A stretch of DNA of 63,027 nt, filler included, from Craspedostauros australis (lineage: Eukaryota), in NCBI GenBank assembly GCA_030167865.1. It is 10 parts of 10 records of this genome, joined end to end, with 100 filler letters (N's around TTAATTAATTAA, not from the genome) between each part and the next. Parts side by side here need not be neighbours in the genome. Positions count along the whole stretch, not along the records: positions 45,747 to 50,225 come from JALAGF010003549.1; positions 50,326 to 54,816 come from JALAGF010003550.1; positions 54,917 to 57,627 come from JALAGF010003551.1; 7 more parts are not named here. The stretch is one strand, 5' to 3'. Numbering within the stretch: the first letter of the stretch is position 1; each line of letters starts with the position of its first letter. Below the pieces are notes generated by a model. It saw nothing but the letters and a program-made list of their open reading frames with translations. It had not been told where the DNA came from and did no database searches. Made by a program: the position numbers and the translations under genes. Shown here piece by piece: positions 45,647 to 57,627 of this stretch.

Positions 45647-46733
45647 NNNNNNNNNNNNNNNNNNNNNNNNNNNNNNNNNNNNNNNNNNNNTTAATTAATT
45701 AANNNNNNNNNNNNNNNNNNNNNNNNNNNNNNNNNNNNNNNNNNNNGGATGGAAGAAGACACTCATAAACACCACATCAATAAGCCCCCGAGGCGTGGTC
45801 CAAGCAACAAACCAAACCGAACCATCGCTCGATGCCGTTTTCCCAAGTTCTCTGGTCTAACTGCATGACACATTCTCATGGAGTAATAATGCCATGTCAC
45901 ACCACAGCGCATCACATCGCACCATCCAGGATCATTCTGCGGTGGACTACAAGGCACGAAGACGAATACGAGTACGGATGACAAGCCGGCACAGGAAGTG
46001 ACGCCGAACGTAGCACAAAACAAAATCACATTCCATGTTGATGTTCAACTCGTTTTTTGTATCAAAGTCCATGTCGGCCTTTGTGTCAAACGCCATCATC
46101 AACTTCAACTTCATCAACCCCTTCATCACCAAGTTCTCTGATGATGCGTGGCGCCTAACTGACGTATGCGATCTACTACATATTGGGGCAAGATGCTTCA
46201 GCTGATGGTGATGTGCGGATTGGACTTCAGCTTCATGTTCCGTTGTGGTGCAGGCGCTGTAGTCGTGATGGAGTACGCCGAAGCGATGTACGAGTAAAAC
46301 CCACGTACCAGCAATATCAAGATGGGTTGCGCAAGATGCACGTCGCATCGAGTCGTACCTACGGATATTCATCTTGCTTTCGTGCCATACTGTACCGAAC
46401 GAATACTACACGAATAGTGCAATGGTGACAACAAAACGAGCTAGCGTACTATCTAGGCGCCACTCGCTGCTGCAGAAGTATTGTCGGTTAGATCATTGTT
46501 CTGCTCTTCATGTCAGAGGACTCTTTTGAGTTTATCCACTTCGGCCCACTTCCATGCAGTGTCATGCCCTGCTGTGATGTGGGTGCGGGGCGACAATGGA
46601 TGTTTCGGATCTCACGGCGCGGTGCTCGAAGAACCTATCACGAAGCAAGCATGTGTGTGTATCTGCGTCCTACTGCATGTAACAGCAGGCAGCATGTGCT
46701 CGGATGTTATCTGGTCTTGATCAGGGTCTTTGC

Positions 46734-49700
46734 CTACACCACAGACAGCATCCAAGATGCGATGGCTGCCACCACACACGGTGCGATGATGCTGCTCATG
46801 GATGTCATGCGGAACGAGAACGCTGCACCGGAGGTCGGGGAACCGGATGGTGACATGGACGGAGCCCCGCTGGGTGACACAGACGGAGCCCCGCTGGGTG
46901 AAACGGATGGCGACCCGCTGGGTGACACAGACGGAGATGCGGACGGCATTCCTGTGGGCGCATCAGTCGGTGGCAGCGTTCCATTGGCGTAGCAGAGTTC
47001 GAACTCGTCAGTATCGAATACCTGGAACGGGCTGTCGGAGTCGACCGTGATGTTCCCACAGAAGTTGAAGATTTCACCACCGTCGATGTTGGTGCAGTCC
47101 ACAACCGCGGCCGTATCTCCGGATGGACAGGCCTGCACTTGACAATCTCTGCACCTGGTCACTCGGGGCCATTGTATGAATGTGGCTGTGCACAATGAGC
47201 AAAAGCCCCGCCTGACAAACAACTCCACAGTGGTTCCCTCTCGGCCCGATGTGTAGGTATAAGTGGTGGATTCCGTTGTCATCTCTCCCATCGAGTTGAA
47301 CGTATGTAAGAGACGGACTGTGGCACAGGCCGTCACATCAGTGTTGCAGAACTCACCACAGCTGGTTTGGCAAACGAGGGCTATGGAACCTCGATACGAT
47401 ATACAGGCGCATCTCAATTCACCAGTCGCTACTTCCACTTCCTTGACCTTGGCGCATGCGGTCTCCGCTGCGTTTGCCGTAGAGACGGCGAAAGTGACAC
47501 TTTCTTTGCGGGCGGAGAAAGGGGCGAAGAAGTGCATCTGGTACAATGTTCCGTTTTCGGTATCGAGGAAGAGTGGGTCGCAGCTGAACTCTGTCGAGTC
47601 CATGCACTGCACGTCGGCATCGCAGATTCCCATTTGTATGGATATCTTCGTGGTCTCATTGGTGCCCAAGCAGGGTTCGATCTTCATGACTTCACCCGAG
47701 CCAATCATGTCGTACCACAGCCCACCAGCGGCCTCGCTATCGCAGGAGTTTGGCTTCGGGTCAATTTGGATGCCGGTATTTGAAGAAACGAAGTCATCCG
47801 CAGCATCAAGTAGAATTGCTGCTTGGCAAATCTTGTTCTGCGGACTCTTGTCGAGGCAGATCTCGAATCCATCCTCAGACAACACTGAGAAGACAGGGAT
47901 ATCGATAGGACCTGGCTCGCAGAAGCTGTAGTCGAAGGATTCTGTGTCTTTGTTGCAAGAAAAGGAAAGATCCGTGCTGTTGTCGGCGCATTGCACAGAC
48001 TCGCAGTCGCAAGACCAGCCATCGGATGCACTCACAAAGCAGGATGAGTCCGAGAACGTGCCGACGGTCAGAGAGTTGAAAGATGAATCGAAGCCTGTGA
48101 GATAGTCGAATCGGATTTGTGAAAATGTGGCTTCACCATCAAGCTGGAAGTCCTGGGTACGCGACCCCAAACCGCAGATCGTCTCTTCGAGGTTGCAGAC
48201 GACTCCGCACGTTTGATTGCACTTCAATACGGCCATGCCGTCGGTGGGATCGAAGTCACAGATGCAGTTGAGGTCATCTTCTTCGATAACTTCTGCGGCC
48301 GTCTGTTCGCATTGCAGCGTTGATTCGTAGACGCTGCATCCATCGAACTCGGATGAGATGAGGGCGTACAGCGGGCTGGTGGACATGTTGAATGATCCAG
48401 CGACGCCAGGAGAGGTTTCGTTGGTGCAAAGGTCAAGGTCTGGCATATCGGCGTCGATGTTGGCGCAGCTGAGGATGGGCCTTCCACATGATCCGACGGA
48501 GCAGGATGTGCAGGTCTGGCTGCCGACCATGACCGTACATGTTCCATCATCGGCGTAGCGATAGATGATGTCGTCGTTGGGGCCTTCGGTGTGTTGGATG
48601 AGTAGTTCTGTCGTGGTCACCAAGGAAGGGGTGACGGTTGTGGTTGTGGTTTTCTGCGTGCAGACGCTGCGATCGGAGCTGCAGGCCAAGCACGGGACAG
48701 AGCACCCGAAGGAGAGAGAGTCAAAATCGACACCGTCGAAAAGGCAGGACCCACATTTTGTGCCGAAAATCCCCTCCAAGGCTTGATTTCTGGCATCGTC
48801 GCAGACTACAAAGATAGATGGCTCGGATGTGGTGATGATCATCTCGAAGTCTCCGCCGCTGCCGGCGAGTACTGCGGTGGGTTGGATGAAGTACGTCGCG
48901 CCCTTGCGAGCAAACCAGGACACGGAGCCCCTCCCCTCGGAGGGATCGCAGCTGCTGTCGACGAACCCAAGCTGTCCGCACACGAGATTATCACAGGATC
49001 CATCTTCGGATCGAATCAGCTCCACGGCAGTTGGAGCCGTGGTCTGCTCGGAGCAGGTCGTCGCAGTGAACTCTTGTCCGTCACCTACGATACTGTACCA
49101 CACGCTAGAGAATACGCTGCTGAAGCATTTGCCGGTGCCATCGGGTGACGCGTTGGCGGTGCTTCCAGAGACAGCGACGGTGCCATTCTGTAGAACCAGA
49201 GGGATGGCCGAGGAGCAAACGTTGTTGGCGGGAGGAGGACCGCCGGTGTCGCCGATGGTCAACTCGTAGGTGCCAGCAGTGTTTCCAGTGTCATAGATTC
49301 CGATGTGGTAGGTCACATTTGGTTCAGTTTTCCAAACGTATGTTGCTAAGTTGAAGGAGGATGGACAGAAAGCGTTGCTGTTTTCGCCGATGCACTCGAA
49401 CTCATCGTATGGGCAGGATGAAGCGTTCGCCGGGCCCTTGAAGGAGGATACGGTGATCTCTGTGTTGACGCTATTGTGCTCACTGGAGCAGGTTGTGGCG
49501 TAGAAGGTGTTGCCATTCCCAACGATCGTGTAGCCCTCGTAGGCGGCTGGGAAAACCCCGCAAATGTCCACAGCGCCGATGGTGACGGTTGTGATTTGGG
49601 ACACCACCGAGATGTTGGTTTGTCCCACAGGGAACTCGAGTGGGATGGCGATAGAGCACACGTCGACTGGTGGTATGTCCATCTGGAGAGAGCGTTCCGT

Positions 49701-49952
49701 TGCGCCAACGGCGTTGTTCGGCGGTTTCGCTGCTTTGGCAGCGTTGCCTCCGATCTCGGATGGTTTGCCGTTGCCGACACCTGCACTGTTGGTGCGGTGA
49801 GACGGAGTTGCCGATGCGCCAGAGGAGGAGCCTTCCTCATGTTTGCGAGAGGATAAGGGAGCGGTGAGGAAGCGGTCATGCAACCAGGCGTTCGCGCCAC
49901 CTCTCGAAGCGGCGACGAGCAGAGCGTTGAAGAAGAGCAAGGTGAGTCTCAT
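46734..49952 (-). CDS. Secreted, probably GPI-anchored Cys-rich surface protein (1072 aa), allele A
   Basis: Signal peptide MRLTLLFFNALLVAASRGGANA and RSLQ (RxL-type propeptide site). Repeated NxxCxxAIxL..WY..GxG..C modules, an SPSGAPS stalk, and SGA followed by a hydrophobic C-terminal tail. Confidence 0.87.
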   Translation of the reverse strand: MRLTLLFFNALLVAASRGGANAWLHDRFLTAPLSSRKHEEGSSSGASATPSHRTNSAGVGNGKPSEIGGNAAKAAKPPNNAVGATERSLQMDIPPVDVCSIAIPLEFPVGQTNISVVSQITTVTIGAVDICGVFPAAYEGYTIVGNGNTFYATTCSSEHNSVNTEITVSSFKGPANASSCPYDEFECIGENSNAFCPSSFNLATYVWKTEPNVTYHIGIYDTGNTAGTYELTIGDTGGPPPANNVCSSAIPLVLQNGTVAVSGSTANASPDGTGKCFSSVFSSVWYSIVGDGQEFTATTCSEQTTAPTAVELIRSEDGSCDNLVCGQLGFVDSSCDPSEGRGSVSWFARKGATYFIQPTAVLAGSGGDFEMIITTSEPSIFVVCDDARNQALEGIFGTKCGSCLFDGVDFDSLSFGCSVPCLACSSDRSVCTQKTTTTTVTPSLVTTTELLIQHTEGPNDDIIYRYADDGTCTVMVGSQTCTSCSVGSCGRPILSCANIDADMPDLDLCTNETSPGVAGSFNMSTSPLYALISSEFDGCSVYESTLQCEQTAAEVIEEDDLNCICDFDPTDGMAVLKCNQTCGVVCNLEETICGLGSRTQDFQLDGEATFSQIRFDYLTGFDSSFNSLTVGTFSDSSCFVSASDGWSCDCESVQCADNSTDLSFSCNKDTESFDYSFCEPGPIDIPVFSVLSEDGFEICLDKSPQNKICQAAILLDAADDFVSSNTGIQIDPKPNSCDSEAAGGLWYDMIGSGEVMKIEPCLGTNETTKISIQMGICDADVQCMDSTEFSCDPLFLDTENGTLYQMHFFAPFSARKESVTFAVSTANAAETACAKVKEVEVATGELRCACISYRGSIALVCQTSCGEFCNTDVTACATVRLLHTFNSMGEMTTESTTYTYTSGREGTTVELFVRRGFCSLCTATFIQWPRVTRCRDCQVQACPSGDTAAVVDCTNIDGGEIFNFCGNITVDSDSPFQVFDTDEFELCYANGTLPPTDAPTGMPSASPSVSPSGSPSVSPSGAPSVSPSGAPSMSPSGSPTSGAAFSFRMTSMSSIIAPCVVAAIASWMLSVV

Positions 49953-51312
49953 GATGGCGATGGTTGCGCAGGGCACGGTGATGCTGATCCGAATGAAGCA
50001 GCCCTTGAAAGCACAGTGACGGAGAGTTCCGATGTGTGCTTTTTATGGGATGGATCGGAAGAGTGATGTTGGCATCTGGGTGTGATACCTTGAATGTGTC
50101 TCTCTTCATTCAACAAGATCCGCAAGATCTCTGTTGCGTTGATGCCGCAGCGAACGAAGAGCAGCCGACCCAAACAGGTCGTGGAGAGGTCTTGTTTGGA
50201 TCTGCTTTTCGTGATGTTGTGGTGGNNNNNNNNNNNNNNNNNNNNNNNNNNNNNNNNNNNNNNNNNNNNTTAATTAATTAANNNNNNNNNNNNNNNNNNN
50301 NNNNNNNNNNNNNNNNNNNNNNNNNGGATGGAAGAAGACACTCATAAACACCACATCAATAAGCCCCCGAGGCGTGGTCCAAGCAACAAACCAAACCGAA
50401 CCATCGCTCGATGCCGTTTTCCCAAGTTCTCTGGTCTAACTGCATGACACATTCTCATGGAGTAATAATGCCATGTCACACCACAGCGCATCACATCGCA
50501 CCATCCAGGATCATTCTGCGGTGGACTACAAGGCACGAAGACGAATACGAGTACGGATGACAAGCCGGCACAGGAAGTGACGCCGAACGTAGCACAAAAC
50601 AAAATCACATTCCATGTTGATGTTCAACTCGTTTTTTGTATCAAAGTCCATGTCGGCCTTTGTGTCAAACGCCATCATCAACTTCAACTTCATCAACCCC
50701 TTCATCACCAAGTTCTCTGATGATGCGTGGCGCCTAACTGACGTATGCGATCTACTACATATTGGGGCAAGATGCTTCAGCTGATGGTGATGTGCGGATT
50801 GGACTTCAGCTTCATGTTCCGTTGTGGTGCAGGCGCTGTAGTCGTGATGGAGTACGCCGAAGCGATGTACGAGTAAAACCCACGTACCAGCAATATCAAG
50901 ATGGGTTGCGCAAGATGCACGTCGCATCGAGTCGTACCTACGGATATTCATCTTGCTTTCGTGCCATACTGTACCGAACGAATACTACACGAATAGTGCA
51001 ATGGTGACAACAAAACGAGCTAGCGTACTATCTAGGCGCCACTCGCTGCTGCAGAAGTATTGTCGGTTAGATCATTGTTCTGCTCTTCATGTCAGAGGAC
51101 TCTTTTGAGTTTATCCACTTCGGCCCACTTCCATGCAGTGTCATGCCCTGCTGTGATGTGGGTGCGGGGCGACAATGGATGTTTCGGATCTCACGGCGCG
51201 GTGCTCGAAGAACCTATCACGAAGCAAGCATGTGTGTGTATCTGCGTCCTACTGCATGTAACAGCAGGCAGCATGTGCTCGGATGTTATCTGGTCTTGAT
51301 CAGGGTCTTTGC

Positions 51313-54300
51313 CTACACCACAGACAGCATCCAAGATGCGATGGCTGCCACCACACACGGTGCGATGATGCTGCTCATGGATGTCATGCGGAACGAGAAC
51401 GCTGCACCGGAGGTCGGGGAACCGGATGGTGACATGGACGGAGCCCCGCTGGGTGACACAGACGGAGCCCCGCTGGGTGAAACGGATGGCGACCCGCTGG
51501 GTGACACAGACGGAGATGCGGACGGCATTCCTGTGGGCGCATCAGTCGGTGGCAGCGTTCCGTTGGCGTAGCAGAGTTCGAACTCGTCAGTATCGAATAC
51601 CTGGAACGGGCTGTCGGAGTCGACCGTGATGTTCCCACAGAAGTCGAAGATTTCACCACCGTCGATGTTGGTGCAGTCCAGGAGCACGGCCGTATCTCCG
51701 GATGAGCAGGTCGTGAAGCTGCATGATGTGCAGGAGGTTGCTTGGGCCCCTTCCGCGAATAGGCCATCACAAAATGGGAAATCTCCCGTGATGACAGTCA
51801 ATTGCACAGTGATTCCCTCTCGGCCCGATGTGTAGCTATAAATGGTGGATTCCGATGTGGCCTCTCCCATCGAGTTGAACTCACTGAAGAGAGAGAGTTT
51901 GCCACAGGCTGTCACATCGGTGTTGCAGAACTCACCACAACTGGTTGAGCAAGAAAGGGTTGCGGAATCGAACTGCGGTGAACTCGTACATATGCAGGTC
52001 AATTCGTCAGTCGCTTCTTCCACTTCCTTGACCTTGACGCATGCGGTCTCCGCTGCGTTTGCCGTAGAGACGGCGAAGGTGACACTTTCATTGCTGTTGG
52101 AGAAAGGGGTGGAGAAAGGGGTGAAGAAGTGCATATGGTACAATGTTCCGTTTTTGGCATCGAGGAAGAGTGGGCCGCAGCTGAACTCTGTTGAGTCCAC
52201 GCACTGCACGTCGGCATCGCAGATTCCCGTCTGCACGGATATCTTCGTGGCCTCATCGGTGTCCAAGCAGGGTTCGATCTTCATGACTTCACCCGAGCCA
52301 ATCATGTCGTACCACAGCCCACCAGCGGCCTCGCTATTGCAGGAGTTTGGCTGCGGGTCAATTTGGATGCCGGTATTTGAAGAAACGAAGTCATCTGCAG
52401 CATCAAGTAGAATTGCTGCTTGGCAAATCTTGTTCTGCGGACTCTTGTCGAGGCAGATCTCGAATCCATCCTCAGACAACACTGAGAAGACAGGGATATC
52501 GATAGGACCTGGCTCGCAGAAGCTGTAGTCGAAGGATTCTGTGTCTTTGTTGCAAGAAAAGGAAAGATCCGTGCTGTTGTCGGCGCATTGCACAGACTCG
52601 CAGTCGCAAGACCAGCCATCAGATGGACTCACAAAGCAGGATGAGTCCGAGGACGCGCCGACGACCAGAGCGTTGAAAGATGAATCGAAGCCTGTGAGAT
52701 AGTCGAATCGGATTTGTGAAAAGGTGGCTTCACCATCAACCTGGAAGTCCTGGGTACGCGACTGCAAACCGCAGATCGTCTCTTCGAGGTTGCAGACGAC
52801 TCCGCACGTTTGATCGCAAATCAATACGGTCATGCCGTCGGTGGAATCGAAGTCACAGATGCAGTTGAGGTCATCTTCTTCGATAACTTCTGCGGCCGTC
52901 TGTTCGCATGCCAGTGTTGATTCGTAGACGCTGCATCCATCGAACTCGGATGAGATGAGGGCGTACAGCGGGCTGGTGGACATGTTGAATGACCCAGCGA
53001 CGCCAGGAGAGGTTTCGTTGGTGCAAAGGTCAAGGTCTGGCATATCGGCGTCGATGTTGGCGCAGCTGAGGATGGGCCTTCCGCATGACCCGACGGAGCA
53101 GGATGTGCAGGTCTGGCTGCCGACCATGACCGTGCATGTTCCATCATCGGCGTAGCGATAGATGATGTCGTCGTTGGGGCCTTCGGTGTGTTGGATGAGT
53201 AGTTCTGTCGTGGTCACCAAGGAAGGGGTGACGGTTGTGGTTGTGGTTTTCTGCGTGCAGACGCTGCGATCGGAGCTGCAGGCCAAGCACGGGACAGTGC
53301 ACTCGAAGGAGAGAGAGTCAAAAGTGAAACTGCAGAAGCCGCATTCTGTGCCGAGAAGCCCTTCCACGGCTTGATTTCTGGCATCGTCGCAGACTTCAAA
53401 GATAGATGGCTCGGATATGGCGATGGTCATCTCGAAGTCTCCGCCGCTGCCAGGGTTTGCGGCGATGGGCTGGATGAAGTACGTCGCGCCCTTGCGAGCA
53501 AACCAGGACACGGAGCCCTGGCCCTGAGACGTGCCGCAGCTGAAATCGTCAAATCCGGTCAGTCCGCATTCAAGATTCTCGCAGGATCCGTCTTCGGATC
53601 GAACCTCCCTCACGGCCGTTGGAGCCGTGGTCTGCTCGGAGCAGGTCGTCGCAGTGAGCTCTTGTCCGTCACCTACAATGCTGTACCACAAAGTGGAGAA
53701 TCCGAAGCTGAAGCATTTGTCGGGGTTATCGGGCAATGCGTTGGCGGTGCTTCCAGAGACAGTGACGGTGCCATTCTGTAGAACTAGAGGGATGGCCGCG
53801 GAGCAAACGTCGTTGGCGGGAGGAGGACTGGGGATTTCGCCGATGGTCAACTCGTAGGTGTCAGCGGTCTCATCGAGGTCATAGATTCCGATGTGGTAGA
53901 GCACATTTGGTTCCGTCTTCCAAATGAATGATGCTGCATTGAATGGGTTGAACGGGCAGATGTCGCCAGAGTTGCTTCCCAGACAAGCGAAGTCATCGTA
54001 TGGGCAGGACGTAGCGTCAGACGGGCCCTTGAAGGAGGATACGGTGAGACCTGTGCGGATGCTATTGTGCTCACTGGAGCAGGTCGTGGCGTAGAAGGTG
54101 TTGCCATTCCCAACGATCGTGTAGCCCTCATAGGCGGCTGGAAACAACTTGCACATGTCCACAGCGTCGACGGTGACAGCTGTGATTTGGGACACCACCG
54201 AGATGTTAGTTTGTCCCACGGAGAACTCGAGCGGGATGGCGATAGAGCACACGTCGACTGGTGGTATGTCCATCTGGAGAGAGCGTTCCGTTGCGCCAAC

Positions 54301-54543
54301 GGCGTTGTTCGGCGGTTTCGCTGCTTTGGCAGCGTTGCCTCCGATCTCGGATGGTTTGCCGTTGCCGACACCTGCACTGTTGGTGCGGTGAGACGGAGTT
54401 GCCGATGCGCCAGAGGAGGAGCCTTCCTCATGTTTGCGAGAGGATAAGGGAGCGGTGAGGAAGCGGTCATGCAACCAGGCGTTCGCGCCACCTCTCGAAG
54501 CGGCGACGAGCAGAGCGTTGAAGAAGAGCAAGGTGAGTCTCAT
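51313..54543 (-). CDS. Same surface protein, allele B (1076 aa)
   Basis: Same contig ends, flanks, N- and C-termini as allele A; divergent internal blocks. Confidence 0.87.
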   Translation of the reverse strand: MRLTLLFFNALLVAASRGGANAWLHDRFLTAPLSSRKHEEGSSSGASATPSHRTNSAGVGNGKPSEIGGNAAKAAKPPNNAVGATERSLQMDIPPVDVCSIAIPLEFSVGQTNISVVSQITAVTVDAVDMCKLFPAAYEGYTIVGNGNTFYATTCSSEHNSIRTGLTVSSFKGPSDATSCPYDDFACLGSNSGDICPFNPFNAASFIWKTEPNVLYHIGIYDLDETADTYELTIGEIPSPPPANDVCSAAIPLVLQNGTVTVSGSTANALPDNPDKCFSFGFSTLWYSIVGDGQELTATTCSEQTTAPTAVREVRSEDGSCENLECGLTGFDDFSCGTSQGQGSVSWFARKGATYFIQPIAANPGSGGDFEMTIAISEPSIFEVCDDARNQAVEGLLGTECGFCSFTFDSLSFECTVPCLACSSDRSVCTQKTTTTTVTPSLVTTTELLIQHTEGPNDDIIYRYADDGTCTVMVGSQTCTSCSVGSCGRPILSCANIDADMPDLDLCTNETSPGVAGSFNMSTSPLYALISSEFDGCSVYESTLACEQTAAEVIEEDDLNCICDFDSTDGMTVLICDQTCGVVCNLEETICGLQSRTQDFQVDGEATFSQIRFDYLTGFDSSFNALVVGASSDSSCFVSPSDGWSCDCESVQCADNSTDLSFSCNKDTESFDYSFCEPGPIDIPVFSVLSEDGFEICLDKSPQNKICQAAILLDAADDFVSSNTGIQIDPQPNSCNSEAAGGLWYDMIGSGEVMKIEPCLDTDEATKISVQTGICDADVQCVDSTEFSCGPLFLDAKNGTLYHMHFFTPFSTPFSNSNESVTFAVSTANAAETACVKVKEVEEATDELTCICTSSPQFDSATLSCSTSCGEFCNTDVTACGKLSLFSEFNSMGEATSESTIYSYTSGREGITVQLTVITGDFPFCDGLFAEGAQATSCTSCSFTTCSSGDTAVLLDCTNIDGGEIFDFCGNITVDSDSPFQVFDTDEFELCYANGTLPPTDAPTGMPSASPSVSPSGSPSVSPSGAPSVSPSGAPSMSPSGSPTSGAAFSFRMTSMSSIIAPCVVAAIASWMLSVV

Positions 54544-54916
54544 GATGGCGATGGTTGCGCAGGGCACGGTGATGCTGATCCGAATGAAGCAGCCCTTGAA
54601 AGCACAGTGACGGAGAGTTCCGATGTGTGCTTTTTATGGGATGGATCGGAAGAGTGATGTTGGCATCTGGGTGTGATACCTTGAATGTGTCTCTCTTCAT
54701 TCAACAAGATCCGCAAGATCTCTGTTGCGTTGATGCCGCAGCGAACGAAGAGCAGCCGACCCAAACAGGTCGTGGAGAGGTCTTGTTTGGATCTGCTTTT
54801 CGTGATGTTGTGGTGGNNNNNNNNNNNNNNNNNNNNNNNNNNNNNNNNNNNNNNNNNNNNTTAATTAATTAANNNNNNNNNNNNNNNNNNNNNNNNNNNN
54901 NNNNNNNNNNNNNNNN

Positions 54917-55150
54917 GGCTCCAGCCAACCGTTGGCAACACGCAGGGTCTCCCAGTATGCGTTGCCTCATCACGATGATGATATCGTGAAGTCCAAAATG
55001 AACCGTCTCTCGTCCCAGCGCACGGGCATGAGCATGTTGATTGACGGGCGTGATCAATACCGTTCCTCGCAAATGAGCATGAACATTGCCATGGCCATTG
55101 CCGAACTTGAGCAATCTTGCGAATCTGAGTCCGACACTGTTGCAGCATAA
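54917..55150 (+). CDS. Possible 3' end of a gene truncated by the contig edge
   Basis: Open frame from the contig start to TAA at 55150 (..MNIAMAIAELEQSCESESDTVAA*); no family recognised. Confidence 0.35.
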   Translation, partial: GSSQPLATRRVSQYALPHHDDDIVKSKMNRLSSQRTGMSMLIDGRDQYRSSQMSMNIAMAIAELEQSCESESDTVAA

Positions 55151-56469
55151 GGTGCTGCGGAATCGAACCGCTCTGCCTACCAGGCCACCTTAGTCGAAGC
55201 TGCGACTGTCTAGAGATACAAATACCTGTTCTAACACGACACAACCTGAACACGGAATTGTGGGATAATATGGTATCCAAGACTCAGAAAGTCCTGCAGT
55301 CGAGAACTACCGTCCCGGACAACATTCTACTTCAAATCGGGTCCTGGAGGAAAGGCATGGTTGGTTCAAGCCGTTCTGCCAACCAACGCCACCGTAAACA
55401 CGGATGCACAATACATTCAAACCAAAAAGAGGAGAAACTTCGGAGAGCAAAGCGAACGCCAAGCAAACCAATGAAGCAAGATCCATGCATAATCATTCTC
55501 ACAATTTAGTTTCTTAGTTACACTTCATTCCTGAGTACTAGTTGTCACCAGTGAGCCAGGCAGTGTCCTCGTCCAAAACGGGTAAGTCCGCTGCTGGGAA
55601 ACAACGGGAATCGAAACGAACAGCCGCTCCCCATCGTATTGGTAGGCTCATGCGATCAGTGTGGATCGGGCACTGAAGGGGGAAGACGAAGATAGCGTGA
55701 TGGTCAGAGCAATGTAGCGTAGAAGTGCAGCACTGTACGAGTAAAGCATTGGTAGATTAATGATACAGCGCTCCCTAATCGTAGCATGCCCATGAAGCAC
55801 ATCGCCATGAAGCCACGGGGTGTTGGTGGACATCGCATGAAAACTTACTGCTGTCAGGAATCCGGTGTTCTGAAACACTGAATTGCCGCACCTCCCAATG
55901 ATGTGGAGTCGAGCGTCGTGAAATTCTATATTGCCGCAACTACCACTTTGGATCTTTGTGACAGAAAATGTGAGTTGCGTGCGTCTTGCGGTGAAGAACG
56001 CCACGTGCCGAATGCGAACTGGACTATGACATTCGTGACCTCAATGCAGGAAAGGGAATCACACGTGTATGTCGCAGGGGGGCAGGGATGTTGGATTTGT
56101 GACCAGCATCACGATACACGCGACTACGGCCCCCATGTCGCAACCAATGAGAAACGAGTACTCGAGACAGGCAGATGGCACGAAGAGTGAGATGGCCTGT
56201 GAACGAACCACTGATGATGAACCAGCAAATGATTGGTGAAGTATCGGAGAAGTATGGAGAGGCATCGGAGATGATCGGAGATGTGCAATGATGAGAAGCT
56301 GAGAAAGCGATCATCCAAGTTGTTCCTGTGAAGCATGGAAGACTGTGATCTGATCGAATCGGATGAGCCAGGTGATGCACATGATTGAGCAATGTCTAAG
56401 CCAACAAAACTATCAGAGACAAGACAACGCAATGAGTGCACGGACATGGGGAAATTGGTAGGGCATGCA

Positions 56470-56673
56470 TGTTGGAAAGTTCCGTGATTGGAAGCCTACG
56501 ATTGTGGAAGATGGTGTTGTTGATAGTCGTTCTGTTTGCTATTTCATTTCGTTGGCGCTCCGATCCTCTCGGTGTACACCAGTTGTCTTGCCCGATGCTC
56601 TTGGTGCTTCAATCTGTTTCGTAGATTCAGTCTCCCACTATGAGTCGGTATGCGAGATGCTCTCTTGCTGCTC

Positions 56674-56713
<40 letters not shown>

Positions 56714-57253
56714 ATCGTGTGCTCGTCGCACACGATACTCCGTGTTCGATGCGTACTCTGCATTCGACACTCCGTTCATTCAGTACTGGCTCCTACTCCA
56801 TGAGTACTTACCATTTGAACTTCACCTTCTGTATCCATGATCTTGATGCCCTTCGGTCATCGGATCTTCGCCTCCTGCTCTGACATGGAGACAGATGTCG
56901 ACGTGGTGACACAATGACATCCTGTCGACGTCAGTCGGCGTCCTTCTGTTCTCCAGATGTCATGTTCCATTGGTGATGCAGCAGTCTGTCAGATGATATC
57001 GTCATCTGAGGTTTAGTTGGGAAGTACCTCGAGATTCTCTCGGTACCATTGATGGATGGACGGACGATGTTTCCGATTCTCTCAGAAATCGTCGATTGCA
57101 AATTTCCTCCAGAAATCTTGCTCATTTTCGTGTGTTCCATTTCCCCTGTAATTCTGACGAATCACAGCATACTATTGACACGAATGTAGTTGTACCGTCC
57201 AGGTACGTATGAGAGAATAACGGGTGAACGATGCACATATACACGTACATCTC
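56470..57253 (-). mobile_element. LTR family A copy, interrupted near its end by LTR family B
   Basis: TGTTGGAAAGTTCC start; collinear with 37577-38396, including the (CT)n tract. Confidence 0.82.
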
Positions 57254-57627
57254 TGTTGGAAGGCTCCGCGCACGGAGAATCGGTAGTAGTCAACACTCTT
57301 TCTCAAAGTGTTTCTGTTACTGTTACTGTTGTAGCTATTGATTGTTGGTGAGCGAGCGTGGGGAATGAGATGATCAAGATGCTCTCTTGATCCGTCTCTT
57401 CCTTGCTCTCATTGCTTGGTGCAATCCTCTTGCACCTCCATGCACATTNNNNNNNNNNNNNNNNNNNNNNNNNNNNNNNNNNNNNNNNNNNNNNNNNNNN
57501 NNNNNNNNNNNNNNNNNNNNNNNNNNNNNNNGTTTTGTTGAACCTGATGATTGATCGAATCTGATGGAATATTCACAACATATTTCATTCCTGTAGACCT
57601 GGTAGTTAAGGTCTCGATGTGACGTCA
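57254..57627 (-). mobile_element. LTR family B copy (partial, with an internal N gap)
   Basis: TGTTGGAAGGCTCC.. matches 38486 onward. Confidence 0.8.

Noticed and set aside
39180..54816. Apparent tandem gene duplications (SLC1 x2, surface protein x2)
   Set aside because: The copies lie on separate contigs with identical start (and, for the surface protein, end) points. Uncollapsed haplotypes are the better explanation.
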